DNA of 64,000 bases from assembly GCA_000388065.2 (NCBI GenBank), contig KB932205.1; one strand, 5' to 3'. Position numbers and translations under genes: made by a program. Below are positions 1-13,500 of this stretch, one piece after another (within the stretch, counting starts at the first letter, position 1; every line of letters begins with the position of its first letter). The notes under the pieces are model-generated. The model was not told the origin of the DNA. It made no database searches and saw only the letters and a program-made list of their open reading frames with translations. The stretch is from Fonticula alba ATCC 38817. Its lineage: Eukaryota; Protista; Nucleariida.

Positions 1-50
1 CCCCCCCCCCTGCCCCCTGTCGTGCGGCCTCTCCCGCCCGTGGCCCACAG

Positions 51-1005
51 CTACGAGCAGGGCGGCACCGCTCAGGTTGCCGGCATCCACACCCGCACGG
101 TTCCCAACTTGCCGGACGGCACCCTCTGCCTGGACACGGTGGAGGCGTACCTCCGGCCGCGTGGCAGTGCTCTCGGCACCGGTGACACCAGTGTCTACGG
201 GTCTGGCCCGACCGGCCCCCGGGGCGGGGATGACTGGCAGCCCGCTCGGTTCCCGGTCCCCCCGGGGGCCTTCGACCAGGCGGACCCGCACTACCCGGTG
301 ACGGGGCTCATCTCGCTGGAGAACACTCACAACCGCTGCGGCGGCCGGGTGGTCCCGATCGACCATGCCGAGGCTCTCGGGCGCCTGGCCGGGCCGGTTC
401 CCATTCACATGGACGGCGCGCGGGTGTTCAACTCGGCGGTGGCTCTCGGCCGGCCGGTGGCCGACCTGACGGCCGGCGTGTCCTCCGTGCAGGTGTGCCT
501 GTCGAAGGGCCTGTCGGCTCCGGTGGGTTCCATCCTGGCCGGCCCGGCGGAGATGATTGCCCGGAGCCGGCGCATGCGCAAGGTCCTCGGCGGCGGCCTC
601 CGCCAGTCGGGTGTCATCGCCGCGGCCGGCCTCGTGGCTCTCGGGGCCATGGTGCCGCGGCTGGCGGTGGACCACCTGAATGCTCGGCGCCTGGCCGCCG
701 GCATCCAGGAGATCGGTGCGGCTGCCGGCCCGGCCGGCACGCTGGAGGTGTCCTGCGATCCGGCCACCGTCGACACCAACATCGTGCTGTTCCAGGTCCG
801 CCCGGGCCAGGCCGGCACCGGGGCGACCAGCGCGCCGGGTGGCTTGTCGCCGGCCGACCAGCTGGTGGCGCGTCTCCGCCCGCACGGCATCTGGGTCGGC
901 TCCTTCGGGCCGAATCAGGTTCGCGCCGTCACCCATCGCCACATTACCGAGGACCAGATTGATCGCACTCTGCTGGCCCTCAAGCAGGAGCTTGCCCAGG
1001 GGTGA
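51..1005 (+). CDS. GLY1: Low-specificity L-threonine aldolase (PLP-dependent), last exon; 5' part lies outside the window
   Basis: Acceptor ...cccacag| at 50, then YEQGG..., LISLENTHN, HMDGAR, PLP-lysine motif CLSKGLSAPVGS, RKVLGGGLRQSG and VRAVTH; stop at 1003-1005. Confidence 0.92.
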
Positions 1006-1175
1006 GTGGTCCCCCCCCCCCCCCGCCAAACCGTGTACCCGGGGCCGGGAGGCCCCCCATGCGATGTGCTCGGAGAGGCAAAAATATATTCGCACATTTC
1101 TCTCTCTCTCTCTCTCTCGCACGAGAGATAGGTGTATTCCGCCAGCCAGGTGGGCCCCCTTCGGCGCGGCTGTCT

Positions 1176-4129
1176 TCACAGGGTGCCGGAATTCAGCACG
1201 GCCAAGAGACGCTCGGCCACCAGGGACCGGGCGGTGAATTGGCAAACCCGGCTGCCGGGAGTGCTGCGCCGAAGCAGAATCGCCAGCCGCCGGCCAGAGA
1301 GCGCCGAATAAAGGTCCAGCCAGGAGCACACGGTGGCCATGTCCAGGGAAAAGGCTGTTAGCCGGGCGGGCAGGGACTCGGGGGCCGAGGTGGCCTGGGC
1401 CTGGCGATTTGCCGATGTCAAGCTCCACTTGAGGATGTGCTCGGTGGCCTGCAGGAGATCGGCCTGCGCCGGCGGCACAGCGGCCAGGGGAAGGGCCACC
1501 ATGGCTGCCGTGCGCACGGCATCCGGCACCCCGGGCCCGAGGGGAAGAGGCTCCAGCCCCGGGATGTCGGCCATGGCCGTGCACAGGCTGGTCAAATCCC
1601 GGGCAAGGGCAACGTCATCGATGTCCGGTGGGCTGCCAGGGGTTCCGGGGCCGGCCTCGGCGGCGGTCACCACAACCATGATCGCCAGCAGCACTCGATC
1701 AATGGCCCGATCGAGGTCCCTCGCCAGAAGCCCATCCACCTTTTTCAAGAGGGCGGCCGCCGGGTCTTGAAAGGCACTCAGCTGGTAGATGATGGGCTTC
1801 CGGTCGCCGGCGCCCGAGGCAATGACCGCCGGGCGCTGGGGCTCCAACGGCGCCGGGGCAGTTTGATACTCGGTCACCGATTGGGGGTCCGAGTCTTGGG
1901 CTCGGCCTCCGGGCCCGCGTGCCAGCATGACATACGACAAAAAGCGAACCGGCCAGGTGGGATCCCAAACAGTGCCAGCCCCCGGCTGGAGGGCATACTG
2001 CGGTACGACCGGCAGGAAGAAGGTCAGCTGGTGGCCACTTCGTTGGTGTCCAGCCAGTAGGGCTGCCACACTTGGTAGGGCCAGATCTGCAGGAACGCCG
2101 GTAAAAGCCGAGCCGAAGGCCAGGTGGAAGAGCGGCAAGTGGAAGCACTGCTGCATCAGCGGCTGCACCAGGTACAAGGCCTCGCGGCAGCGACATCGGC
2201 CCGAGCCAGCCTCGGATCCCGGGGCAGGGGGGGCTATGCTGGCGGGAAGATTCGGCGGCGGCCGGGTGGCAAAAATGCACCAGGGCTCCGCCAGGATGGG
2301 AAGGCGCTCCCTGGACAGGAAGGCATGGAGATCCGTGGCGAACTTCAGCATGCGACCTTCGGAGAGGCAGTCAAGGCCGGCATTGAAAATCCCGAGGCAA
2401 AGTAAAATCCCATCGTGAAGGGGCTTGACACCGGAGACACTGACCGGCGCGGGGGCCCCCTGGCCGAGGGCGGCTTGAAAGCGATTGGCCTTCAGCATCA
2501 GGGTGCCCGGGCCGCTACATTGGTGCAAATACTCGACCAGGGGCCCCAGCTGGTCCCGATGCCGGCGCATGGACGCCACAACTTCGGCCCGGACCCCGGG
2601 CAGATGGCTGGCCGGCTGGCGGAGGAACTCCTCCAATGCCGCCGGTTCCGGCAGGTTAAGCAGTATGACGCGCAGGATTTCCGTGGTCATATGCACCCCC
2701 TTCATGAGCGTTTGCCAGAAGGGGTGGAAATTGGCCCCGTCCACCGGCCAGGAGGAGTTGCGGTCCTTGTAGCACCCGGGCACAATGCGATAGTAGTACA
2801 GCAAGCGATTTTGGTACTTGGGAGCAAATCGGAACCCATCAAAGAGGAGGCTCCATAGGCGTAGGTCAGGTGGCCCGAAGTCGCAGCCCAAGATCAATGG
2901 CAGCCAGGCCAGCTTGGTGACTGTGATGAGCGGGGGGCTTGTCAAAAGGCGCGTGGTCCAGGCGAGTGCCAGGTGGAGGGAAGACACTTACCGGTTGTTG
3001 AGAGCATGGTGGCCAGCGTGGAGGTGAGGAGGGTTTCGCCGGGGAGCGGCACGTCATAGGCATCACCCGGGACGAAGATCGGCCGGTGGTCAGCCGGGTC
3101 GCGCTCCAGGCGAAATTGCTTCTGGAAGAGGGACGACATCTTCACCTGGCCAAAGGCATGGACGAAGAAGTCCGAGTCATTGCTGGCTCGCCGGCCGGGG
3201 CCCGGGCAACCAGGGGCAAGGTCAGGAGGGGCGACGAAGGGGAAGAGGAAGAAAAGAGAAAGAAACAAAAAGACCCGCCCCTAGGACAGGGCATGGTGCC
3301 AGGCGCCTGGGTTCCCTAGCCCGGTCCATGGCCCCCCCCCCCCCCCCTCCCTCTGACAAGCGCACCTGACAACAGGAGTGCTGAAGTAGAGACTCAGCAG
3401 GGCCAAGATGTCATCGGCCTCGGCGGGGGACCCAATGAAGGCCAGCCTGTCGGGGCGGGCGTGTGCCTGGGCCGCCAGATACCCTTGGACATTCGCACGG
3501 ATGTTGGGAAAGGCGATGGTATCGCTGAGGGGAGGCATCCGTTGCCGGGCCCGGCCGGCCGCCCGCCCAGTCCCCGTGCGAATCAAAGCGCGAAAGGGGA
3601 ATCAGACCAAGACACACAGGTGCGAGGGAGGGAGGAAGAGGGAGAGAGAAAGGAGGAGCATGGTCGTGTGGGACGTCGAGCACACCTGATCACACGCAAG
3701 CCGGTGACGTCGCCGGCCACCAGGCTAGAAAGGGCCCCGGTCAGGTCGCGGGTCTTGTCACGAAAGCGACTCAAAGCGGTGGCCGCCTTCTCCGGGGCAA
3801 CGGCCCCGTCGGCCACAAAGATGGGGTACAACTGGGAGGCATGTGTGAGGGGCGATCTCTGCTGGAGGCTGTCACAGGGGCACAAAGCAAATGCATACCC
3901 GGTGATGATTCAGCCAGCCGATGAGGGCGTCGAGATACGGGGCAATCAGCGGCGCATCGTAGCCGATGCTTCGAGTTTGGCCGGCGTAAACATAGTGACT
4001 CCGGGACAGGACATACACCAGGCTGCCGACGTCGACTGGCAGGGCGCGGAGCCCTTCAGCCGGCGCGAGTGTCCCAACTCGGTGGGGCAGACTGCTGCGC
4101 ACGAGAGAAGTCAGCCGAAAGACGCCCAT
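1176..4129 (-). CDS. XPG/FEN1-superfamily (Asteroid/FAM120-like) PIN nuclease, array copy 1 (~823 aa, 5 exons)
   Basis: Exons 4129-3899, 3831-3686, 3524-3366, 3182-2992, 2920-1176, all GT-AG, total 2472 nt in frame. Motifs MGVFRL, LPVD, FVADG..PEK, GSPAEADD, VSNDSDF, LILGCDF match the N-region, I-region and H2TH acidic motifs of 5'-nucleases. Confidence 0.8.
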
Positions 4130-4834
4130 AGCTCACGAACGACGCCAGGATCGGGTTGGGGATCAACAGAAGGCCGGAGAATGGGTAGAGGGAGAGTCGG
4201 AGGAGACGCGCGAGCGTGGGAGTCGGGGGGGGGGGGAGAGGGACAGGGAGGAAAAGAGGACGAGATACAGGGGGACTGGGTCACGATGGGGCAAGAAAGG
4301 GGGGGGGAGGGGGATCTGGTGCTCGTGGGGCATTGGTCCCGCAGGCATACCGGCGGCCAGCCGGATCGGGCGGCTCGGTGAAAAGCGTCCGACCCGCCGC
4401 GATTAGTCGGTGCCTGGTGGCGAGGGGGGGGCATTCGTGGGCATTTGGGATTGTGGGCTACTTTGTTTTCGGCCCGCGTCGATGCCCGCGTGGAGTGGTA
4501 TATGTTCTTGCGCCTGAGCCTCGAAGGTGGCCCGCTCGGCGGAGTGTGTCCAGGAATGAGCGGGCGCCCGAAAAACGAAGGAAAAAGAGAGAGAAAAAAA
4601 AGACCCCCCCCCCCGCTCGATGGATGTGGTAGGTGTATACACCTGTGAAGGGATGCCACTCGTTTTGTGACATTTGTATTGGCAAGAGGAGGGGGCGCTT
4701 TGCGCTTGAGAGACAGGAGGCGAGAGGGGGGAGGGGGGGGAGGGAGAGGGGAGGATGGGCGTGTCGCCCCCCGCGCCTCGTGTGGTCACCCTTCGCAGGG
4801 ACGCCTGGCCAATTGGGCATTTCGCAGGCCCCTC

Positions 4835-7762
4835 TCAGAGACCCCTCTGTGCAAGGATCTGAAGCAGGGTGGCAACCATGATTGAGCGAGAGGAGGGCTG
4901 GTAGTCGCCAATCTTAGCCGGCCGAGCAAGCACGAAAGGGCAATCCCGCTCGGAATGGACGTGCTGCGTATCCAACAGCAGCTGGCGGCCGGCCAGGACC
5001 GAATAGAGATCCAGCCATGAACTGACCGTGGCGATGTCCGACGAAAAGGTCGAGAGCCTGGCCGGCGAGGGGGCATCCAGCTGCCCGGAGGGTGGGCCTT
5101 GCGGCGGGCTTGGTGCTGGTGGGACGGGCGACAGGCAACTTGCCAGCACATCGTGCAGAAGGGCCCGGCCATTGGCAGCAGGCGGGGTGCCGGGGTCGGG
5201 GGAGGGCAGCACGCGGACAACCTTCCGGCGAATGGCGTCGAGGTCTTCCTCGTGATTGCCAGCCTGGGCCATGGTCTTGCCATGGAGCAGGGCATTCACC
5301 AGGAGAGCCATGTGCCGGAGGAGGATGGTCCGGGATTGGGTGTCGAACAGTTGCTCGCCCGGGGCGGCTCGAGAGGGGCGGCTCGACAGCAGGACGGCTG
5401 TCAGCAGGATCCGGTCGAGGGCCAGCGATGAGCCCGGGGCATCATCGGCCAAGGCCACATCGACGGCCCGAAGGAGGGGCACAATTTCACCGGACAGCCC
5501 CTTCAGCAGATAGTCTTGGCTCTTCTTGGTAGAGGGGAGGACCTTCTGACCGTCGAGTCGGACCGGCGGGTCGTAAAATTCGATGACCTTCCTCACGGCC
5601 GGGCCCTGGAGGCCTTCCTTGCCGTGGGACAGCAGGGCATACAGCAGGAAGCGAATGGGCCAGGATGGCGCCCAAACACTCAAATCGTCCCTGAGGCTGA
5701 ACTGCGGCAGCAGGGGCAAGGAGGCAGCCCGGTAGCCATCGGCATCGTCCAATTTGGCCAAAAACACATCGGCCACCGTCAAGCCGGGAGCCGCGGTCGA
5801 GCCCACGCGCGAGATGAAGAAGGCCTGCACGGTGAGCGGCAAGTAGAGCCCCTCATGAAGAAGCGGAATCGACAGGTAAGGCGCCTCGCGGCAGCGGCAC
5901 TTGGCCCTATGGGCGGGTGGTTGGGGCGGGCCGGCGCTTGCGGTGCTGGCCTCGGCGCCCGATGCGCCGCCACCGGCAGGAGCAGCCGCCCGGCCGCCGG
6001 GGCGCCGGCCGTTGCTGGCATTCGAGGCGACGGCCGGAGGCGGCCCGACCGGAGCGTCCTCGGCGAGCCCGCCGGCTGCATCGTCTGCGCGAGGGAGCCG
6101 CGGCGGAGCACGCTCCGAGGAGAGGCACCAGAGGTTGGATTTGTCGAAAGAGCTGTCAGCATGCAGGAAGTCCTCGAGCTCCTTGCTGAAGGACGAAAGG
6201 ACCACGCTGTCGGGAGTGCACAGGCCGGCGGTGGAAATCCCCAGGCAAAGGAGCACCCCGTCGCGAAGGGACTTCACCTTGTGCAAGGGGTTGATCGGTT
6301 CCTGGGAGGGCTGCCTGCCGGCAAGCTCCTCGCGGTATTTGGCACGAAGCAGCAGGACCCCCGGGCCGCTGCAACGGCGGAGGTCCTGCAGGGCGGGCAC
6401 CAGGTGCGACAGGGACCGGGATCGGGAGGGCGCGATGCCCGACCGGAAGAAGGGCAAGCTCCGCCGGGCGCCGGCCGAGTCCACGGCCTCCAAGGCATCG
6501 GGCTCCGGAAGGGACCCCAACAGGCGGATGATCTGGTCGATGTCCAAGCCGGAGTTGAGAATGGTCTCACGCCAGTTGTCTTTGATGGCGGGGGCCTGCC
6601 CCGGGACGTGGGGCTGGCGAACATCCTGGAAGCACTTGTCGACGCAGTTGAAATATGACCTCAGGGAGTTGGCCAAGGGGGCGAACTGCGTGTCGCTTTC
6701 GATGAACTTGCGGATCCGCCAATCCGGCGGCCCGAGATCCGAGCCAAGAATGAGCGGCAGCCAGCAGAGCTTCGTCACTTGGGCGCGATTTTGGCCGATG
6801 GCCGATGTCAGGCACATGAGCAAGGCCCTGACGGCCGGGCAGAGGCCGGTCACAAGGACGACGCACCGGTGGTTTGGAAGAAGGCCGCCATGTCCGAGGT
6901 AAGGAGGGTTTTCGGCTCGAAGCGCTGGCCGGAGGTCCTGAAGGATGGCCCGGTCCCGGGGGAATTGCCGGACAGGAGGAATTGGCTCTGGAAAAGGGAA
7001 GACACCCGTGTCTGCCCATACCCATGGACAAAGAAGTCCGAGTCATTGCTGGCCAATGGAAGAGGAAAGACGAGAACCGGTCAGAGAGGCAGAGCCCCCT
7101 TGTGCTGGGGCACATCCTTGGCACCGGCCAGCCGGCGTACCTGAGTACAGGCACCCGGAAGTGCAGGCTCAAGAGCACGAGAATGTCATCGGCCTCGGTG
7201 AAGGACCCGATGAAAGCCAGACGGAGGGGGGCCTGGCGTGCCCGGGCCAACAGATGCCCCTGGGTGATTGCCCAGACATTTGCCAAGTCCACGCTGCAGG
7301 TGAATGGATCGTTCGCCATGTCCACAGCGTGTTTCCAGGGATTGGACCGCCGGCTTTTGAAGCAGCAAATTTGGCAACCAATCATGCAGCGTTCCTTGGT
7401 GCAGCCGTTGTGGGTGGGTACCAGGGTCCTCGGGTGGCAGGTCGGCAGATGCTGCGTGCCACGCAAGTGCCGATCGATGTGGTCCTGGTCAACCCGCCGG
7501 GGTCGAGGGGCATTGGGGCCGGCATTGGCGGAGCCGGTGGACGGGCCGCCCCGGGTGGCATCCTGATACACCGAAAGGTAGGACAGTTGTCTGGGCCGAA
7601 GCTTGCCGACCTTGCTCTTGAAGCGCATTTCCGAGGTGGCCTCCTTCTCTGGTGCCTTCGGGCCGTCGGCCACGAAGATGGGGTACACCTGGGTGAAAGG
7701 GCCGGCCAAAGTCCCCAAGAGCATGGAGATGGGTTAGGCGTTGGTGTATGCATGCATGCATG

Positions 7763-7793
<31 letters not shown>

Positions 7794-8106
7794 CTGTGCG
7801 TGCGCGCGGGGGAAAGGCAGGGGAGGGAAGGAGGAGAGGCGACACCAGGGTGGTTGGGCGTACGGCCTGTGTATGCAGCCACATGATAAGCGCATCCAGA
7901 TAGGGACCAATGAGCCGGGGAGTGTAGCCGATGCTTCGAGTCTGTTTGTGATAGAGGAAGTTGCTTCGGATCATCTCGTTGAGAAAGTTGTTCAAATCAA
8001 TCGGCAGGACGTAGGGCTTGGCGTCGGAGGGCATGGGACGATGGTGGGGGACTGTCGAACGTTGAGCCCTTTTTGTCAAAAGATCGACCAAGTTCAGAAC
8101 GCCCAT
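4835..8106 (-). CDS. XPG/FEN1-superfamily (Asteroid-like) nuclease, array copy 2 (~971 aa, 4 exons)
   Basis: Exons 8106-7864, 7688-7141, 7048-6867, 6777-4835, total 2916 nt in frame. Motifs MGVLNL, LPID, FVADG..PEK, GSFTEADD, SNDSDF, LILGSDL. Confidence 0.8.
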
Positions 8107-8232
8107 GGCTGTTGGTATCACAGGCTGCGGAGTGAAGATGTCCGGGGCAGGCGAACCAAAGAGCAAGGGGGAAGAGCAATCGGACCCCAGGAGCGGGAGG
8201 GGAGGTACTGTACAAACGAGATGGGTGTGCTC

Positions 8233-8269
<37 letters not shown>

Positions 8270-10566
8270 TGTGTGTGAGTGTGAGTGTGTGTGAGTGGGT
8301 GTGAGTAAGCATGGCGGGCCTTTGCCCAAAAAAAAAAGCACCCGCCTTCGCCTCCGAAATATGCATGTCGCTGGGTAGTATTGGCCGTGGCGATCAATCG
8401 TCCGGAGGGTGCTCAGGGGGGGGGGGGTACTTTTCCCGGGGGATACTGCACTCATGGATGCTCGACTTCCGGGGGCTATTCACAGGCAGAGGATCACAGG
8501 TGTCTCTCTTTCTCTCTCGCCATTGATGAGGATTTCGGCTGATGTTCAGGGAGCTTCGATCTCGGAGCGCGGAGGTATCCCCCGCAGGTTACCTTGTTTC
8601 CCCTCTGGAGGGCGGGGGGGGGGGGGGGGCGGCGGGCCATGCCGGATGTTCTTTTTCCCGCCATCAATGCGCGTTGCCTCGGCGAGGGTCTCAACGAGGA
8701 AGGTGGACATCAGACAAAGGCCCACCCGAAGATGGCGGAGGGCGCGTTTGGTCCTGCCGTGTGAAGGCCCACCGTGCGGTGACCACCGGCCGGGGCCGGC
8801 CATCAACCGGCCCATTGGGCACGCCTCTTTGGAGGGGACTCCCCCCCCCCCCCCCGCCCCCTGCCCGGGTCCGGCCGCCAGGACGGAGCTAGGCTGGAGA
8901 CCTGGCCGCTGGGCGGAACGGCCCCCAGGGCCCGATGCGCGGGCCCCGGCGCGAGCTGGCAGTTGGCTGTGCCACGTCATGATACCGAAGGGGGAAAGTC
9001 CCGCCAATACCGCGGTCCGATGAGCAGGGCCGAGAGGCGGGGGAGGGGGGCGGAAGAATGCGCCGGTGGGGAGGTCTGTGGCCGCCGGCGCCGAAGCATG
9101 CGCGAGGCCTCCGGCCGCTGGGCGGATTCTCACAGCGGCGGCTGTCTCATCCGGCGAGGAGGGCGGCTCACGACGGCAAAAACAACCCAGCCCCGCACCA
9201 AGTTGGCTTGTGCGGCTGCGGATGGGGATATCCCCTGACGAGCACTCATGGTCATACATCCCCCCGGGTCCTCGTGCGCGCCGAGAGAGCCGCATGTCGC
9301 GTGCCAAAGAAGCTCCCAGGCGGGGATGGGAATTCCAGCTCGACAGTGCGTTGGCATTTGCGGTGCTTGCTCTCGGTCGCCCCCGCGCTGGCCCTTCGGA
9401 GGGGGCCGGGTCCTGGCGTTCGCGTGGCGGACTGTCTGTGCGCCCGCCCGCCCGCCCTACGGGGGCTGGCCGCCGATCGGTGATGCTGCGGCCCGGGTGC
9501 GCTCTCCTGGCAGGGTGTTGGCCGCGAGGGGCCGCGCTGCATTGTGTGGTTGGCGTTTCGGGCGCGCACGGGCCGGGCAGCCGGGATTCCGGCTCCTCTG
9601 GCTCTCCCGAGTCCCGGGGCCATCGGGGGGTGGGGCGCCGGGCGGCCGGCCGCGCCGGGCGATCTGCCCCACCCAAGGCCGGTCGTCCCCTGTGCGCGTG
9701 CCCATCCTCAATGGGCATGTCCTCCGCGTGGGAGGGCATTCGACCCGGGCCAAAGGCGGGCCTCTTCGCCGAGGCCTCGAGATCGCCGACCGGGAGAGAC
9801 AATGACCCACAGCCACATGGGCAGGCGAGGGAAAAGGTCCGGGCCCGGGGGCGTGCCGCGGCGGCGATGTCGCAGTGTGTCCCTCTTCGGGGGGGACGGC
9901 CGGGAGGATTCACCCGAGGCCCGCCCTCCGCGCCTCGCCAGTCGGTGGCCAGCCCCCACAGGGTACCGACTTGCCTGCCTGTGGAGTGGGCCATCCCGGG
10001 GTCCGCTGCCGCCGGCCGACTCCGGTGGCGTGGCCCCAAGAGAGGGCGGCGGTCGGTTTCGGCGGCGGGAAAAGGCCCAGGACCGGTCGCCGGGGGAAGC
10101 ATGGAGGGCATGGGCGTTTCCCGAGCATGGGCGCCCTTTTGGCACTGGGACAAGGGATGGCGCTCACCATCGCGGATGAGTGTCCCCGAGGGAACGGGCC
10201 CCTGCAGGAGTGAGGGGCCCCTGCTGTCGTTGAGGATGGCCGAAAGGAGGGCCAAGCCGGAAAAACCCACCGGGGCCCATCCACCAAGCTGCACCCATGC
10301 GAAAAGCCCTCCCCCGCCCTGTCCCCGACGAGAAGGACTGCATGAAATTTCCCCCGGTAGAATGGTAGCTCCCCCGCCCCGAAGAGGGAATCTTTGCGAA
10401 GGGGGCCGCCTGTTACAATTGAAGGATACCCCTCCCCCCCGCCCCCCCCCCCTGCCCCTGCCTACCTGCCAGACAGAAGGTACACACATGCACATGCACG
10501 GATCGGTGTAGTTGGAGCGAGAGGGCATCTCGCCGAGGCCGGGAGCCGGGCCAGGCCCCACCCAGC

Positions 10567-13500
10567 CTAGAGGGTGGTCTTGGTCAGGATGTCATACAGC
10601 ACATTCGCCACCATCGAGTGGGAGGAGAACACGACGTGGTTTGTGCCACGAAGAGGCACATTGTGAAGCAGGCTGATGGCCTCCTTGGGCTGGGTGTGGC
10701 TGAGGAGGGCCAACTGGCGCCCGGCCAGGACCGAGTAGAGATCCATCCAGGAGCACAGAGTGGCCAGCCTCAGGGAGAAGATGGTCAGGTGCTCCGGCGA
10801 GGGGGGCTCCTCCAGGGATGACGACTCCTGCTGCTGCTGCTGCTGCTGCTGCTCCTGTTGCTGCTCCTGTTGCTGCTCCTGTTGCTGCTCCTGTTGCTGC
10901 TCCTGTTGCTGCTCCTGTTGCTGCTCCTGNNNNNNNNNNNNNNNNNNNNNNNNNNNNNNNNNNNNNNNNNNNNNNNNNNTGCTGCTCCTGTTGCTGCTCC
11001 TGTTGCTGCTCCTGTTGCTGCTCCTGTTGCTCATCCTGTTGCTCATCCTGCCGCAGCTCCTTCGGCTCCTGCAGCTCCTGCGGCTCCTGCGGCTCCTGCA
11101 GCTCCTGCGGCTCCTGCAGCTCCTGCGGCTCCTGCGGCTCCTGCAGCTCCTGCGGCTCCTGCGACTCTTGCAGCTCCTGCGACTCTTGCTGCTGTTCTTG
11201 CTGCTGTTGCTGCTCATCCTGCTGCTGGGGCTCCTGCGGCTCATCCTGCTGTTGCTCCTGCTCCTGCTCCTGCTCCTGCTTCTCCTCCTGCTCCTGCTCC
11301 TGCTCCTGCCCCTGCTTCGGCTTCGGCTTCGGCTTCGGCTTCTGCTTCGGCTGCATCGGCGAGGAGACATCCCTGCCGAGGGACGCGTCCACCACCCGCT
11401 CCAGGCAGCACGCAATGATGTCCTTGGCGAGGGCGATGAACTTGTCCTGCTTCGGTGGGTGGAATGCCGTCAGGGCGCTGAAGGCCTTCATGCGAATGGA
11501 CGCCGGCAGGTCCAGCTGCTTCAGCACCTCCGCCGCTTCGGTCGCCTGGAACCCCCGCACATGGAAGCAGAGCTTGGCCATATTGTCGGCCAGATCCTTG
11601 TCCGCGGTGGGGGAAGCCTGCTTCGCAAAGAAGGTCGAAAGGATGATGGCCGCCAGTAGGGCCCGATCGAGGCCGCGCTGGAGATTGCCCTCCAGCAGAT
11701 CATCCACCATCCTCAGGAGGGCGACAATGTTTTCCTCCCAGTGCTGGCCCAAGTTGTAGTTGGACTCTTGGGTCGACGGGGCGCGGAAGCCCCAGCCATC
11801 CGGCACCGGCACCGGCACCGACTGGCACTCCCTCACGCGGATCATCTTGACCTGCTTGGCTGCGCCGCCATGCGGCCCGCGCGAGAGCATGGTGTACAGG
11901 AGCAGCCGGGCATGCCGGCTCCGGTCCCACACCGTGGCCCCCTTCGGCAGGATGGCATACTGCGGCAGGGGCGGCATGATGGACAGCTTCAAGCCCTTGA
12001 TGATCCACAGGTCGGCCTTGAAGGTGTCCACGATGCGCGAATACGGCCTCTGGATGTTCTTGGGATGGGCCATGCAGAAGGCCTGCGCAAAGAGCGGCAG
12101 ATGCGGCTGGCCCAGCATCAGCGGCTGGATCAGGTACGGGGCCTCGTGGCATTGGCAGAGCCGATGCTTGGGCCCCTCCCCGGCGCCGGTGCCCTCCTCC
12201 GCGGCCGAGCCGGCCGGCGGCCCGACATGTGGGCCGGGCTTCTGGCTCCGTGGCGGGGCCACCTCGTCCGGGGCCCCCTCGGGCTTGGCTGGCTTGGTCT
12301 TCCGGGCCGCCTTGGCCGGGGCCTTGCGGCCGGCTGCTTTCTTGGTCCCGGGCTCACAAGGGGGCTCATCCGTGGCATCCGACTCTGGGGGGCTCGGGTC
12401 CGTCGAGTCGGACGCCTCGACCGACGGCTCCGTGGTGTTGGGCCCCAGGCCGGCCAAGCCCTCATTCCCGGAGTCCTCCAAGCTCTGGGTCTCGGACTCC
12501 CGAGCGGACGGGCTGTGCTTCGCCGGGTCTTGGGCGGCGGCCGGCGGCTCGTCCTCCGGCCCTCGGGCGGCTGGCTTTTTGGCCTTCGGCTCGGGGGCGC
12601 CGGGCTTCTTGGCCTTCGGCTTTTTGCCCACCGGCTTGGCGCCAGCCGCGTCCTGGTCGGCTGGCTCCTTGTCGTTGGTCTCCGTGGCATCCGGCGCCGG
12701 GGCCGCGGGCTTCTTGAGGGGCGGCGCCTTCTTGCTGGCTGGCTTCTTCGGGGTGGTGCTTTTGGCGCTGGCCTCATTGGGGTCGGCCCCGTTGGGGGTA
12801 TCCACCTTGCCGCTGGCGCCGGTGGGGTCGGTCGCCTGGGAGGCGGACTTCTTGGAGGGTGCGGGCTTCTTGCTGGCCGGCTTCTTCGGGAGGGGCTTCT
12901 TGGCATCGGTCTCGGTGGCGTCGGCTCCGTCGGTGGTGGCCCCCGTGGCGTCGGGGTCCGCGGCGGCAGCCAGCTTCTTCTTGGCGACCGGCTTCTTGGC
13001 GACCGGCTTCTTGGCGTTGGGGCCCTGCTTGGGCGGCTTGGCCTCGTCGGGGTCCTGGCTGTCGGCCGCCTGGTCGTCGCACTTCTTCGTGGAGGGCTTC
13101 TTGGGGCCGGGCTTCTTGGCCGGCAGGTTTTGGGCTCCCGGCTTCTTGGTGTCGGGCTTTTCGTCGGTGGCCGGCACGGCGTCCGGAGCCGCGGTGGCCG
13201 GCTTCTTGGCAGCCGGCTTCTTCGCGGCCGGCGGCTTCTTGGCAGCCGCCGGGTCCCGGTTGATGTCCTTCTTGGCGCCCTGCTTGGCCATCAAGAGCCC
13301 CGCCTCGGCAGGCAGCATGTCACCGGGCTCCCGGTCATCGACCAGCCGAGGTGCGGGCCGCCGATGGGCAGATTCCCCATGGGCATCCCCCCCGGCGGCA
13401 CCGGCATCCTCGCCATCATCCTCCGTCGTTTGGGGGTCTCCTTGCTCGGCGGGCCCCTGATCAGCCATCTGCTCGTCGATGGCGTCGGCAGTGCCGGGCT

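Noticed and set aside
8107-10566. Long ORFs (671 aa minus, 481 aa plus) between copies 2 and 3; possible eighth paralog
   Set aside because: Arg/Pro/Gly-rich composition typical of non-coding GC-rich DNA, and none of the conserved family motifs in any frame.
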